Shown: positions 9,167 to 17,503, numbered from the stretch's first letter. The stretch is DNA of 22,183 bases from Actinomycetales bacterium (GCA_017882885.1 JADGOQ010000008.1:1-22183), one strand, 5' to 3'. Made by a program: numbers and translations. The notes: generated by a model from the sequence alone, not told the origin.

Positions 9167-10095
9167 ACGTCGTCGAGACGCGGGACCTCACGAAGGTCTA
9201 CGGGGACGTGCGCGCGCTGGACGGCGTCGCGCTCGAGGTGCCGGAGGGCTCCGTGTTCGGCTTCCTCGGGCCGAACGGCGCCGGCAAGACCACGATGCTG
9301 CGCGTCCTGCTGGGGCTGGCGCGGCAGACGTCGGGCAGCGCCACGATCTTCGGCCACGACACGGTCCGCGACGGCGAGCACATCCGTAGCCGCGTGGGCT
9401 TCCTGCCCGACGTCCCAGGCTTCTACCCGTGGATGACCGGCGCCGAGTTCCTGCACTTCGCCGGCTCCTTGTTCGGCATCCCGGAAGCCACGATTGCCCA
9501 GCGCGTGGACGGGCTGCTGGACATGGCGGGCCTCGCCGGCAACCCCCACCCCGTGGGTGGCTATTCGCGCGGGATGAAGCAGCGCCTCGGGATCGCGCAG
9601 GCCCTGGTCAACGCCCCGGACCTGCTGGTCCTGGACGAGCCCACCTCCGCCCTCGACCCCCTCGGTCGCGCCGAGGTGCTCTCGATGATCAGCTCGCTGC
9701 GTGGCCGCACCACCGTGCTGTTCTCCAGCCACCTGCTGGGTGACGTCGAGCGGATCTGCGACCGAGTCGCCGTCCTCGATCGCGGACACCTCGTGGTGCA
9801 GGGGTCGGTGGAGGACCTGCGGCGCGCCCACGGCGGCGCCACCACGTTCCGCCTCGCGGTGACCGACGGCGTCGACCGGCTGGCGGCGGCCGTGGCGGCC
9901 GAACCCTGGTGCGTGCGCTGCACGCCCGCCGTGCGTGACGACGGCGCCCTGGACGTCGTCGTCGGCGACCTCGCCGGCGCCCGCATGCGGGTACCGGTCC
10001 TCGTGGCGGGGCTGGGATTGGGGCTGCGGCGCTTCGACGAGGTCGAGGCGTCCCTGGAGGACGTGTTCGTGGACCTCGTGGGGGGACGGCGATGA
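9163..10095 (+). CDS. ABC transporter ATP-binding protein
   Basis: GTG start overlaps the upstream stop (GTGA). Walker A GPNGAGKTT, ABC signature YSRGMKQRLGIA, Walker B LLVLDEPTSALD, and an H-loop are all present. Confidence 0.9.
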   Translation: MNVVETRDLTKVYGDVRALDGVALEVPEGSVFGFLGPNGAGKTTMLRVLLGLARQTSGSATIFGHDTVRDGEHIRSRVGFLPDVPGFYPWMTGAEFLHFAGSLFGIPEATIAQRVDGLLDMAGLAGNPHPVGGYSRGMKQRLGIAQALVNAPDLLVLDEPTSALDPLGRAEVLSMISSLRGRTTVLFSSHLLGDVERICDRVAVLDRGHLVVQGSVEDLRRAHGGATTFRLAVTDGVDRLAAAVAAEPWCVRCTPAVRDDGALDVVVGDLAGARMRVPVLVAGLGLGLRRFDEVEASLEDVFVDLVGGRR

Positions 10096-10850
10096 GCGGC
10101 TTCCGGGCGTTCCTGGCCAAGGACCTGCGCGAGATCGTGCGCACGTGGCGTATCTGGGTGCTGCCGGGCTTCCTGCTGTTCGCGGCGCTGACCGGCCCTC
10201 CGACCGCGCGTTACACCAAGGAACTGCTCTCCTCGCTGGGCGGGGACATGTTCAACCCGTTGCTCCCCGACCCCACCTGGGTGGATTCCTACGCACAGTG
10301 GACCAAGAACCTCAGCCAGCTCGTGACGTTCGCGCTGATCATCATGCTGGGCAGTGCGATCTCGGCCGAGAAGCGCTCCGGCACGGCCGCGATGGTGCTG
10401 ACCAAGCCCGTCTCGCGCGCCGGTTTCGTGATGTCGAAGTTCATCTCGACGGCAGTCCTCGTGGTGGGCGCGACCCTCGTGGGAATGCTCATCACCTTCG
10501 GGTTCACGCTCGTGTTCTTCCCGGACGCCCCCTTCTGGCCGCTGCTGGCGGCCACCGCCGCGTGGCTCCTGTTCGCGTTGCTGCTGGTGGCGGTGGTGCT
10601 CGTGGGGTCAGCGGCCGTGGACTCCGGCGCCGGGGCCGCGGGAATCGGGCTCGGGTTCTTCGTGCTGCTGATGATCGCCGGGATCTGGGGGCCGCTGGTG
10701 CGCTGGACCCCGGCCGGCATGGTGAACGCGCCGGTTGCGCTGGGTGCGGACATGGACGTTGCGATCCTGTGGCCCGCCCTCACGACGGCCGCGCTCACGG
10801 CAGTCTTCGTGGCTCTGGCCGTCCGGGTGTTCGAGCGCCGGGAACTGTAG
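10092..10850 (+). CDS. ABC-2 type transporter permease
   Basis: ATG overlaps the ATPase stop (ATGA). About 6 hydrophobic TM helices; N-terminus MSGFRAFLAKDLREIVRTWRIWVLPGFLLF is typical of ABC-2 permeases. Confidence 0.8.
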   Translation: MSGFRAFLAKDLREIVRTWRIWVLPGFLLFAALTGPPTARYTKELLSSLGGDMFNPLLPDPTWVDSYAQWTKNLSQLVTFALIIMLGSAISAEKRSGTAAMVLTKPVSRAGFVMSKFISTAVLVVGATLVGMLITFGFTLVFFPDAPFWPLLAATAAWLLFALLLVAVVLVGSAAVDSGAGAAGIGLGFFVLLMIAGIWGPLVRWTPAGMVNAPVALGADMDVAILWPALTTAALTAVFVALAVRVFERREL

Positions 10851-10856
10851 TGCCCA

Positions 10857-10891
10857 CGCGGCGGACGGCGCGCCGTCACCAGGCCGCCGTC
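10857..10891 (+). terminator. Possible GC-rich stem-loop terminator after the ABC operon
   Basis: The 14-bp perfect palindrome GACGGCGCGCCGTC (about 10864-10877) lies within the larger imperfect inverted repeat cggcgg...ccgccg, 7 nt after the permease stop. There is no U-tract, as is typical of actinobacteria. Confidence 0.3.
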
Positions 10892-11040
10892 CCCGCCAAG
10901 CCGCCCCCTCACCGCGCGCCGTACCCCCGCCGCCGCCCGACCGGACGCCTTCGCCCTACCGCCACGGCCCGGGCGACACGGACCGCCCCCGGTGAAAGTG
11001 TGACAAAGACCACTCAGAGGCGTATCCACAGGGGTCGAAC

Positions 11041-12675
11041 GTGCGTTCGATGTTGTCAGTGGCTGCGGATAGCGTTGAACACGTGACATCAACTCCTCGG
11101 CACGACGAGACCACGGACCTTGGCAGGGCGTGGGATGCGTCGGTGCCTGAGGGGACGTGCGAGTACCGGTTCAACCCCGCGCGTTTCCCCAAGGGGGAAT
11201 TCGCGGAGGACCTGCACATGCGGGTCCTCACCAACGCGGCCTCGCTGGGCGTGAACGGCGTGCTGGACACCCTGGACGGCCTCGCGGACCTGGACGCCGG
11301 GCCTGAATTGCTCCTCGCCTCCATGGCCGCCGCGCAGCGTGCGGAGGCCCGCGCCGCGGCACTGAAGGCCCACTACGCCACCAAGCTCGCCGAGCGGGAC
11401 CTCCACACGTACGCCGACCGTGACGGGGTGATCAACATCCTCGCCGAGGAGGTGGCGATGACCCTGGGCGCCACCCGGATGGCTGCCGACAGGATCATCC
11501 GCACCGGCGTTGTGACCTCCACGCTCCTCACCGCCACCGGAGCGGCGATGCGCGCCGGGACCCTGATGGCGGACAAGGCATGGGTGATCGTCGACGCGCT
11601 CGGGGACCAGACCCCGAATGTCGCGTGGGCCGTGGAAGCACTCGTTCTTCCCACCGCCCCCCAGCGCACCACCACCGAACTCCGCCGCGATATCGCGCGC
11701 GCCCTCATCGAGATCGACCCCGACGACGCAGACGAGCGCCACCGGACCGCCCGTGATCGCCGGCACGTCACGCGCCCCCAGCCACTGCCGAATTCCATGG
11801 CCCGCATCTCGGTGGTCCTGCCCGCCGACCAGGCCGTCACCGTTGACGCCGCCCTCAACGAGATCGCCCTCGCCGCGCACTCCGCAGGGGACCCACGGTC
11901 ACTGTGCCACCTCCGCGTCGACGCGTTGGCGGACTGGGCCACCACCGTCACCCGGGACGGCTGGGACCTGACCACCCTCACAGGCTCACCAGAACGCACC
12001 GCGCGAACGCAGGTGCAGGTCACCGTCCCGCTCGAACTGCTCGCCGCCACCCTGCCGGGATGGACCCCACCGCCCAGCGTCGCTGAGATCCTCAACCGAG
12101 AGATCCACGGACCCGACGGCAAACCCCAAGGCGACAGCCCGGCTGGCGGACACCGCTCGGAAGCCGCATGGCTCGAAGGCTACGGACCCGTCGCCCCCGT
12201 GATCGCCCTGCTCCTCGCTGCCGGCGGGACTTGGCGGCGCCTCGTCACCGACCCCCTCAGCGGCGCACCCCTCAACATCGGCCGCGCCCGGTACGCACCG
12301 CCCGCCAACATCGCCACCGCTGTACGGTTCCGGGACCACGTCTGCTCCCGGCCCGGCTGCTCCGCCCCCGCCTCGCGGTGCGAACTCGACCACGTCCACA
12401 CGTGGGCGTGCGGCGGCGACACCTCGGTGTTCAACCTGACGTGCCTGTGCTGCCGTTGTCACCGCATCAAGACTCTCGGTGGAGGCGGCCCCGGCCCCCT
12501 CAAGCCCGACGGCACCCGCGACTGGATCACCGCCGACGGCCGCCAGTACACCAACCATCCGCACCGCCAACCGCGACAACGCGGCGGGCCCCCACCCGCG
12601 GAGCCGCCACCAGCGGAACCACCACCTGAGGATCAACCAGCTTCGGTTCCTGACGATGCGCCACCACCCTTCTGA
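11041..12675 (+). CDS. DUF222 / HNH endonuclease domain protein (REP13E12-like family)
   Basis: The C-terminal HNH motif (CELDHVHTWACGGDTSVFNLTCLCCRCHRIKT) follows a long DUF222-like helical N-terminal region, and a Pro-rich tail follows it (PPPAEPPPAEPPPEDQ). The start is uncertain: GTG 11041 per the ORF track, but the first ~20 codons have low GC3, so ATG 11218 (MRVLTNAASLGV...) is an alternative. Confidence 0.7.
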   Translation: MRSMLSVAADSVEHVTSTPRHDETTDLGRAWDASVPEGTCEYRFNPARFPKGEFAEDLHMRVLTNAASLGVNGVLDTLDGLADLDAGPELLLASMAAAQRAEARAAALKAHYATKLAERDLHTYADRDGVINILAEEVAMTLGATRMAADRIIRTGVVTSTLLTATGAAMRAGTLMADKAWVIVDALGDQTPNVAWAVEALVLPTAPQRTTTELRRDIARALIEIDPDDADERHRTARDRRHVTRPQPLPNSMARISVVLPADQAVTVDAALNEIALAAHSAGDPRSLCHLRVDALADWATTVTRDGWDLTTLTGSPERTARTQVQVTVPLELLAATLPGWTPPPSVAEILNREIHGPDGKPQGDSPAGGHRSEAAWLEGYGPVAPVIALLLAAGGTWRRLVTDPLSGAPLNIGRARYAPPANIATAVRFRDHVCSRPGCSAPASRCELDHVHTWACGGDTSVFNLTCLCCRCHRIKTLGGGGPGPLKPDGTRDWITADGRQYTNHPHRQPRQRGGPPPAEPPPAEPPPEDQPASVPDDAPPPF

Positions 12676-12719
12676 GCCAGAGCGGGTTACTCCCCACAAG
12701 GTGCGGCCCGGAGGTACCC

Positions 12720-13085
12720 ATGCGACATGATGAGGTCGTGGAGCGGGTGCTGCTCGTGGTCGAGCAGATCCCGGCGGGGCGGGTGGCGTCCTACGGCGGG
12801 ATCGCGGCGATCACCGGCACGAGCCCTCGGCTGGTTGGACGGATCATGAAGGACCACGGGTCGGGGGTTCCGTGGTGGCGGGTGACCTCACGCGACGGCG
12901 ACTTCGGCGGCGCCCTCCTCACCGAGGCGCTGCCGCACTGGGACGCCGAGGGCATCCGCGTGAAGCCCAACGGGCTGGGCTGCCGCTTCGCCGACCACGC
13001 CGCTGACTTCGACGAGTTGCGTGACGCCTACCTCACCGTGCTGCGCGCACGGGAACGTGGACTGGCCGAGGAAGGAGAGCGCTGA
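12720..13085 (+). CDS. MGMT-family alkyltransferase-like protein (ATL; Cys replaced by Trp in PCHRV motif)
   Basis: GGAGG SD 7 nt upstream of ATG 12720. VERVLLVVEQIPAGRVASYGGIAAITG...VPWWRV matches the MGMT C-terminal DNA-binding domain, but the motif reads PWWRV instead of PCHRV. That substitution is the hallmark of non-catalytic ATL/YbaZ proteins. Confidence 0.8.
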   Translation: MRHDEVVERVLLVVEQIPAGRVASYGGIAAITGTSPRLVGRIMKDHGSGVPWWRVTSRDGDFGGALLTEALPHWDAEGIRVKPNGLGCRFADHAADFDELRDAYLTVLRARERGLAEEGER

Positions 13086-13118
13086 CACGTTCCAAAGAGA
13101 CCCTTGCAAACTATTCTC

Positions 13119-13136
13119 TGCAAAGGTACCTTTGCA
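13119..13136. promoter_or_regulatory. Perfect 18-bp palindrome TGCAAAGGTACCTTTGCA, candidate ArsR-family operator
   Basis: Seen directly: the palindrome lies 3 nt upstream of ATG 13140. An additional TTGCAAA half-site at about 13104-13110 sits in the 54-nt intergenic region after the ATL gene. Confidence 0.5.
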
Positions 13137-13139
13137 TCC

Positions 13140-13715
13140 ATGGCCACCGTGAACGTCACCACCACCACCGCCGACACCTTCAAGGCGATGGCCCACCCGC
13201 TCCGGATCCGGATGCTGGAACTCATCTCCGGCACCCCGATGACAGCGAGCATGCTCGCCACCACCCTGGGCGAATCCACCGGCTCCACCTCCTACCACCT
13301 GCGCCAACTCGAGCGCCACGGCCTCATCCGCGAGGACGAGGAGCGCGGCACCCGCCGCGAGCGCTGGTGGAAGGCCGTCGGTCCGCAGGCAATCTCGGCC
13401 GAGGTCCTCCGCGGGGACCCCACTTCGGCGCGGATCCTCGGTGAGTCGGTGATCGGGCGGTGGAACCGTGAGGTGGAGCGGTTCTACAACGCGGTCGTCG
13501 CGGACACTCTTCCGCGCGACGTCGCCGAAGCCTCCGGACTCCGCCGCGCCCGCCTCCACCTCACGACCGCGGAGATGGGCCAGTTCGGCGACGAACTCAT
13601 GGAACTCCTCGAGCGGTGGCACGCCGCACCCGGCCACACCGACCCCGCGCGCCCAGGCGTCATGCCCGTCATCGCGCAGTTCGCCGTCTTCCCCGAGATG
13701 GAGGAGGAGTCATGA
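13140..13715 (+). CDS. ArsR-family (winged HTH) transcriptional regulator with C-terminal extension
   Basis: FKAMAHPLRIRMLELISGTPMTASMLATTLGESTGSTSYHLRQLERHGLIREDEE is an ArsR/SmtB HTH. The start is taken as ATG 13140; the ORF-track TTG 13104 would place the palindrome inside the coding sequence. Product is 191 aa. The stop overlaps the MFS start. Confidence 0.7.
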   Translation: MATVNVTTTTADTFKAMAHPLRIRMLELISGTPMTASMLATTLGESTGSTSYHLRQLERHGLIREDEERGTRRERWWKAVGPQAISAEVLRGDPTSARILGESVIGRWNREVERFYNAVVADTLPRDVAEASGLRRARLHLTTAEMGQFGDELMELLERWHAAPGHTDPARPGVMPVIAQFAVFPEMEEES

Positions 13716-15046
13716 CCGCCGCCACCCCCACCAAGCCCCGCCTCGGCCGGCCGTTCGGCGCCCTCGTCACCGGGGTGCTCGCCTCCAACGCCAGCGACGG
13801 CTTCGCCTACTTCGCCGCGCCGCTCCTGGTCCTCACGATCACGAAGGACCCGGTCGCGGTCGCGGCCGTGACCGCGGTGATGCAGGCCGTGCCCGCCATA
13901 TTCGGCGTGATCGCCGGCTCCCTCGCCGACACCCGCGACCGCCGCCTCCTCATGACCGCGGCGGCGCTGGTGCGCGCCGTCGTCCTCGCGGCCCTCGTGG
14001 TGCTGATCGTGAACGACGCCGTCACCCTCCCGGCGTTGTTCGTGGCGCTCGCGCTGTTCTCGGCGGCGGAGTTGACGTTCGACATCTCGTCGTCGGCCTC
14101 CGTCCCCGACGTCCTCGACGACCTCCACCTCCTCGAACGCGCCCACGGCGTCATCGGGGCGGGGCAACAGGTGCTGCAGGGCTTCATCGTGGGCCCGTTC
14201 GCGACGCTGTTCTTCGCGTGGTCCGCGCAGTTGCCGTTCACCGTGGGGGCCGTGCTGGTCCTGGTGAGCGCGGTGGCAGTGATCGCGCTGCGTCGCCTGC
14301 TCGACGCGCGTGACGGCATGGCGGCGGGCATCGCGACCGACGGCGCGGGTGCGAGCGTCCGCACAGAGGCCGCCCCCCTCTCCTTCCGCGAGCGCATGGC
14401 CGGCGGGGCGAGCGAGGTGTGGAACAACCGGCCGTTGCGGAACATCGTCATCTTCACGATCGTGCTGGTCACGCTGGTGGGCTTCGGCCAGGCGGCGTAT
14501 GCCTACTACATGGTCGAGTTCCTCGATGTCCCCACCGCGGTCCTCGGCCTGGTGTTCATGGCGCTCGGCGTGGGCGGGATCCTCGGCTCCGTCACGGTGC
14601 ACGCCCTGGCGGCCCGCTTCACCCGCCGACTCACCATGTTCGCCGGCGTGTTCCTCGTCGCGGCAGGCTTCGGGGTCGTGGGGTTGGCCCCGGCCGGCGC
14701 GTGGGCGCCATGGGTCACCGGCCTCGGATTCTTCGCCGCCGGCCTCGGCTCGGGCTGGTGGAACGTGCTCGCGATCGCCGCCCGCCAGCGCATGGTGCCG
14801 CGGGAGAAGCTCGGCCGCGTCAGCGGCTTCGTGACCACGGTGAACGCGTTCATCGCGCCGGTCGCGGCTCTCGCCGGCGGCTGGGTGACGCGCATGGACG
14901 CGCGCCTGCCGTGGTACGTCGCGGCCGTGGGGAGCGTCCTCGCGGTGCTCCTCATGGGTGGGCTGATGCGGTCCATCGACGACGTCGCCGCAGCTCCCGG
15001 CCCCGACGGCGAGCCGTCGAGCAACCGCATGAGCGACCCCGCATGA
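13712..15046 (+). CDS. MFS transporter (putative efflux pump)
   Basis: ATG 13712 overlaps the arsR-like stop (ATGA). The 444-aa product has about 12 predicted TM helices and MFS-like motifs (GSLADTRDRRLLM). Confidence 0.85.
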   Translation: MTAATPTKPRLGRPFGALVTGVLASNASDGFAYFAAPLLVLTITKDPVAVAAVTAVMQAVPAIFGVIAGSLADTRDRRLLMTAAALVRAVVLAALVVLIVNDAVTLPALFVALALFSAAELTFDISSSASVPDVLDDLHLLERAHGVIGAGQQVLQGFIVGPFATLFFAWSAQLPFTVGAVLVLVSAVAVIALRRLLDARDGMAAGIATDGAGASVRTEAAPLSFRERMAGGASEVWNNRPLRNIVIFTIVLVTLVGFGQAAYAYYMVEFLDVPTAVLGLVFMALGVGGILGSVTVHALAARFTRRLTMFAGVFLVAAGFGVVGLAPAGAWAPWVTGLGFFAAGLGSGWWNVLAIAARQRMVPREKLGRVSGFVTTVNAFIAPVAALAGGWVTRMDARLPWYVAAVGSVLAVLLMGGLMRSIDDVAAAPGPDGEPSSNRMSDPA

Positions 15047-15052
15047 GCGACC
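15025..15052 (+). repeat. Perfect 14-bp tandem direct repeat (CCGCATGAGCGACC x2) forming the MFS stop / AlkZ-like start junction
   Basis: Seen directly: copy 1 is 15025-15038 and copy 2 is 15039-15052. The TGA stop of the MFS gene and the ATG of the next gene both lie in copy 2 (ATGA). Confidence 0.9.
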
Positions 15053-16125
15053 TCGCCCTCCTCCGCGTCGTGGCCCAGCGGCTGGCGGGTCCGCGGCCCG
15101 CCACCCCCGCCGACGTCGTAGGGCACCTGTCCGCGCTGCAGGGCCAGGACCTGCCGGGCGCGATTCGGTCGGTGGCGCTGCGGATGGCCGACGACGCCGG
15201 CGAGAACATGGTGCGGGACGCTTTCGCCGCGGGAGACGTGGTGCGTTCGTGGCCGATGCGGGGGACGCTGCACCTGGTGCGGCCGCGGGAGCTGTCGTGG
15301 ATGCTGTCGCTCACGCGGGAGCGGATGGAGGCGGGCGCCACGCGGCGTCGGGAGCAGCTCGGCATCGATGACGCCCTGTACGAGCGCGCCCTCGCCCTCG
15401 CGGTGGGCGGGATCGAGGAGCGCGGGCCGCTCTCGCGGGCTGACCTCGTGGACCTGTGGGCGCCCGACGGGATCACCGCGGTCCCGGGCCGCGCGTACCA
15501 CCTCATCGCGCTGCTCGCGATGCGCGAGGTGATCGTGCAGGGGCCGCCGCACCCGTCGCGGGCGGGCGAGCAGCTGTTCACGCTCTTCGACCGCTGGATC
15601 CCCGACCCGATCCGGCTCGCCCGCGAGGAGGCCCTCGCCACGTGGGCGGACCGTTACTTCCGCGGCCACGGCCCCGCCACGGTGCCGGACTTCGCCCGCT
15701 GGGCCGGCCTCCCCATGACCGAGGTCCGCCGCGGTCTCGCGGGCGGCGCCGCGGGACCGGCGGCCGGCACCCCGGGACTGGCGCGCGTCGTCGTCGACGG
15801 CGTGGAGTACTGGATGGACCCGGCCACGCCGGACCTGCTGGCGGACCACCGCCGCGAGGCCGAGGCGCTCCTGCTGCTCCCCGGCTTCGACGAGCTGCTG
15901 CTGGGCTACGCGGACCGGTCGGCCACGCTGCCGCCGCGGTGGGCGGAGGCGGTGGTGCCCGGGAAGAACGGCGTCTTCCGGCCCACGGTGGTGCACCGCG
16001 GCGTCGTGATCGGGACGTGGGCGCGGGTGGGGTCGGGGAGGGGCGCGCGCATCGAGGCGACGCCGTTCGCGCGCTTCACCGGCGCGCAGGAGGCCGCCCT
16101 CGCGCGCGTCAGCCGAGGTACCTGA
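15043..16125 (+). CDS. Winged-helix DNA glycosylase of the AlkZ/YcaQ (HTH_42) family
   Basis: N-terminus LALLRVVAQRLAGPRPATPADVVGHLSALQGQDLPGA carries the Q-x-Q(D) catalytic-type motif of AlkZ/YcaQ. Product is 360 aa, with family-typical blocks (SWPMRGTLHLV, LLLLPGFDELLLGY). ATGA overlap with the MFS gene. Confidence 0.75.
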   Translation: MSDLALLRVVAQRLAGPRPATPADVVGHLSALQGQDLPGAIRSVALRMADDAGENMVRDAFAAGDVVRSWPMRGTLHLVRPRELSWMLSLTRERMEAGATRRREQLGIDDALYERALALAVGGIEERGPLSRADLVDLWAPDGITAVPGRAYHLIALLAMREVIVQGPPHPSRAGEQLFTLFDRWIPDPIRLAREEALATWADRYFRGHGPATVPDFARWAGLPMTEVRRGLAGGAAGPAAGTPGLARVVVDGVEYWMDPATPDLLADHRREAEALLLLPGFDELLLGYADRSATLPPRWAEAVVPGKNGVFRPTVVHRGVVIGTWARVGSGRGARIEATPFARFTGAQEAALARVSRGT

Positions 16126-16245
16126 GTACTCTCGGCCCTGAGGAGGTCCCATGCCCGGCACACAGAGCAGCGTCATCCTCAGGTTCCGAGAACGCCCACC
16201 TGGGACCTGGCCCGGCCGCTGGAGACAGCCGGTCCCTGAGGGTCC

Positions 16246-16440
16246 TCACTCCTTGGGCGGGCGGCCACGCCTAGGCAGGGGTCCGGCGTCGCGGGGGGCG
16301 CGGCCCGCCTTGCGGAGCGCCTCCCGCAGCAGCATCTCCACCTGGGCGTTGACGGAGCGCATGTCGTCGGCCGCCCATTTCGCGACGGCGTCGTGAATGG
16401 CCGGGTCGAGCCGCAGCAGGATCGCCTTGCGTTCCGCCAT
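16246..16440 (-). CDS. Arc/MetJ-type ribbon-helix-helix DNA-binding protein
   Basis: 64 aa. ILLRLDPAIHDAVAKWAADDMRSVNAQVEMLLREALRKAG fits the RHH beta-alpha-alpha pattern of Arc-family proteins. Strong SD (GGAGGTGG) precedes ATG 16440. It lies 31 nt downstream of the SPFH gene on the same strand. Confidence 0.65.
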   Translation of the reverse strand: MAERKAILLRLDPAIHDAVAKWAADDMRSVNAQVEMLLREALRKAGRAPRDAGPLPRRGRPPKE

Positions 16441-16471
16441 CAGCCACCTCCCGCCGTCGCCGCGGCATCCC

Positions 16472-17503
16472 TCACGTGTAGAGCGAGCCGGCGTTCACCA
16501 CAGGGGTGACCCGCGAGTCGCTGGTGAGGACAACGAGGAGGTTGGAGACCATGGCCGCCTTGCGCTCGTCGTCGAGCTCGACGATCTGGTCCCTGTCGAG
16601 CCGCTCGAGCGCCTTCTGCACCATGGTGACCGCGCCCTCCACGATCTTCTCGCGGGCCGCGATGATCGCCGTGGCCTGCTGGCGCTGCAGCATGGCCTGG
16701 GCGATCTCGGGGGCGTAGGCCAGGGACGAGATGCGCGTCTCCACCACCTCGAGGCCGGCGAGCACGATCCGCGCCGCCACCTCGGCCGCGAGTTCCTGCG
16801 CCACGAGCTCGGTGGAGCCGCGGAGCGTCTCCTCGCCGGGGCCGGCGTTGTCGTAGGGGTGCGAGGTGGCGACGTGCCGCAGCGCGGACTCGGGCTGGAC
16901 GGCGACGAACTTGTCGTACTCCTCGACGGCGAAGACCGACTTGGCCGTGTCCGCCACCTGCCACACCACGATGGCCGCGATGTTGACGGGATTGCCGTCG
17001 GCGTCGTTGACCTTGAGCTCGTTGGTCTCGAAGTTGCGGACCTTGACCGAGACCTTCTTCTTGGTGGTGAACGGCACCGTCATGAGGAGACCGGTCTTGC
17101 GGATGGTGCCGATGTAGCGGCCGAAGAATTGCACCACCTTGGTGTCTCCGGGGCTGATGATCGTGAGGCTCGAGAACATCACCATCGCCACGAGGAAGAG
17201 CAGGCCGCCCAGCAACCCCGAGGGGGCAGGGTTACCGACTCCCGAGTCTGCGGCGACGGCCGCGCGGATGATCAGCCAGACCGAGAGCCCGGTCAGTACC
17301 AGTGCGACGAAGAACGCGAGCAGGCCGCTCACGTACCAGGCCTTCTTCTCGGCGATGTCCACGCGGGTCCCCTGGCGGCCCACGGGCCGGCCGGCGGGCG
17401 CCCCGCCGACGGATTCGCCTTCGGTATCGGTGTCCGGATGGGGCACCTGGGTGCCTGGGACCGGGAGTCCGTGCGCCGGTCCGGGTGCCTGTTGGTTGCT
17501 CAC
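16472..17503 (-). CDS. SPFH/band-7 (stomatin/prohibitin-like) membrane protein
   Basis: An N-terminal TM segment ([24 protein letters not shown]) is followed by an SPFH domain ([24 protein letters not shown]...) and a coiled-coil C-terminus. The start is taken as GTG 17503 with a GGAAGGA SD 7 nt upstream. ORF-track starts 17722 and 17551 are rejected because the codons there (ATA, TTA, TAT, CAA) are rare in this genome. Confidence 0.8.
   Translation of the reverse strand: MSNQQAPGPAHGLPVPGTQVPHPDTDTEGESVGGAPAGRPVGRQGTRVDIAEKKAWYVSGLLAFFVALVLTGLSVWLIIRAAVAADSGVGNPAPSGLLGGLLFLVAMVMFSSLTIISPGDTKVVQFFGRYIGTIRKTGLLMTVPFTTKKKVSVKVRNFETNELKVNDADGNPVNIAAIVVWQVADTAKSVFAVEEYDKFVAVQPESALRHVATSHPYDNAGPGEETLRGSTELVAQELAAEVAARIVLAGLEVVETRISSLAYAPEIAQAMLQRQQATAIIAAREKIVEGAVTMVQKALERLDRDQIVELDDERKAAMVSNLLVVLTSDSRVTPVVNAGSLYT

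Noticed and set aside
11030-11055. GTTCGA-containing sequence resembling a tRNA T-loop upstream of the HNH gene
   Set aside because: No acceptor or anticodon stems can be built. The motif is part of a simple palindrome (TCGAACGtgCGTTCGA) rather than a T-arm, so no tRNA was called.
14506-16176. 556-aa minus-strand ORF antisense to the MFS and AlkZ-like genes; 376-aa ORF 16397..17527 antisense to SPFH; 422-aa and 567-aa plus-strand ORFs at 18170..20373
   Set aside because: All lie opposite genes with clear family signatures, have low-complexity R/P/G-rich translations and show no domain signal.
16151-16396. 81-aa plus-strand ORF with a strong SD (GAGGAGG, 5 nt spacer) downstream of the AlkZ-like gene
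   Set aside because: Most of it lies antisense to the well-conserved RHH gene, and its translation is W/R/P/G-rich low complexity. The SD-like sequence is probably fortuitous, or part of a hairpin (CCTGAGGA...TCCTCAGG).
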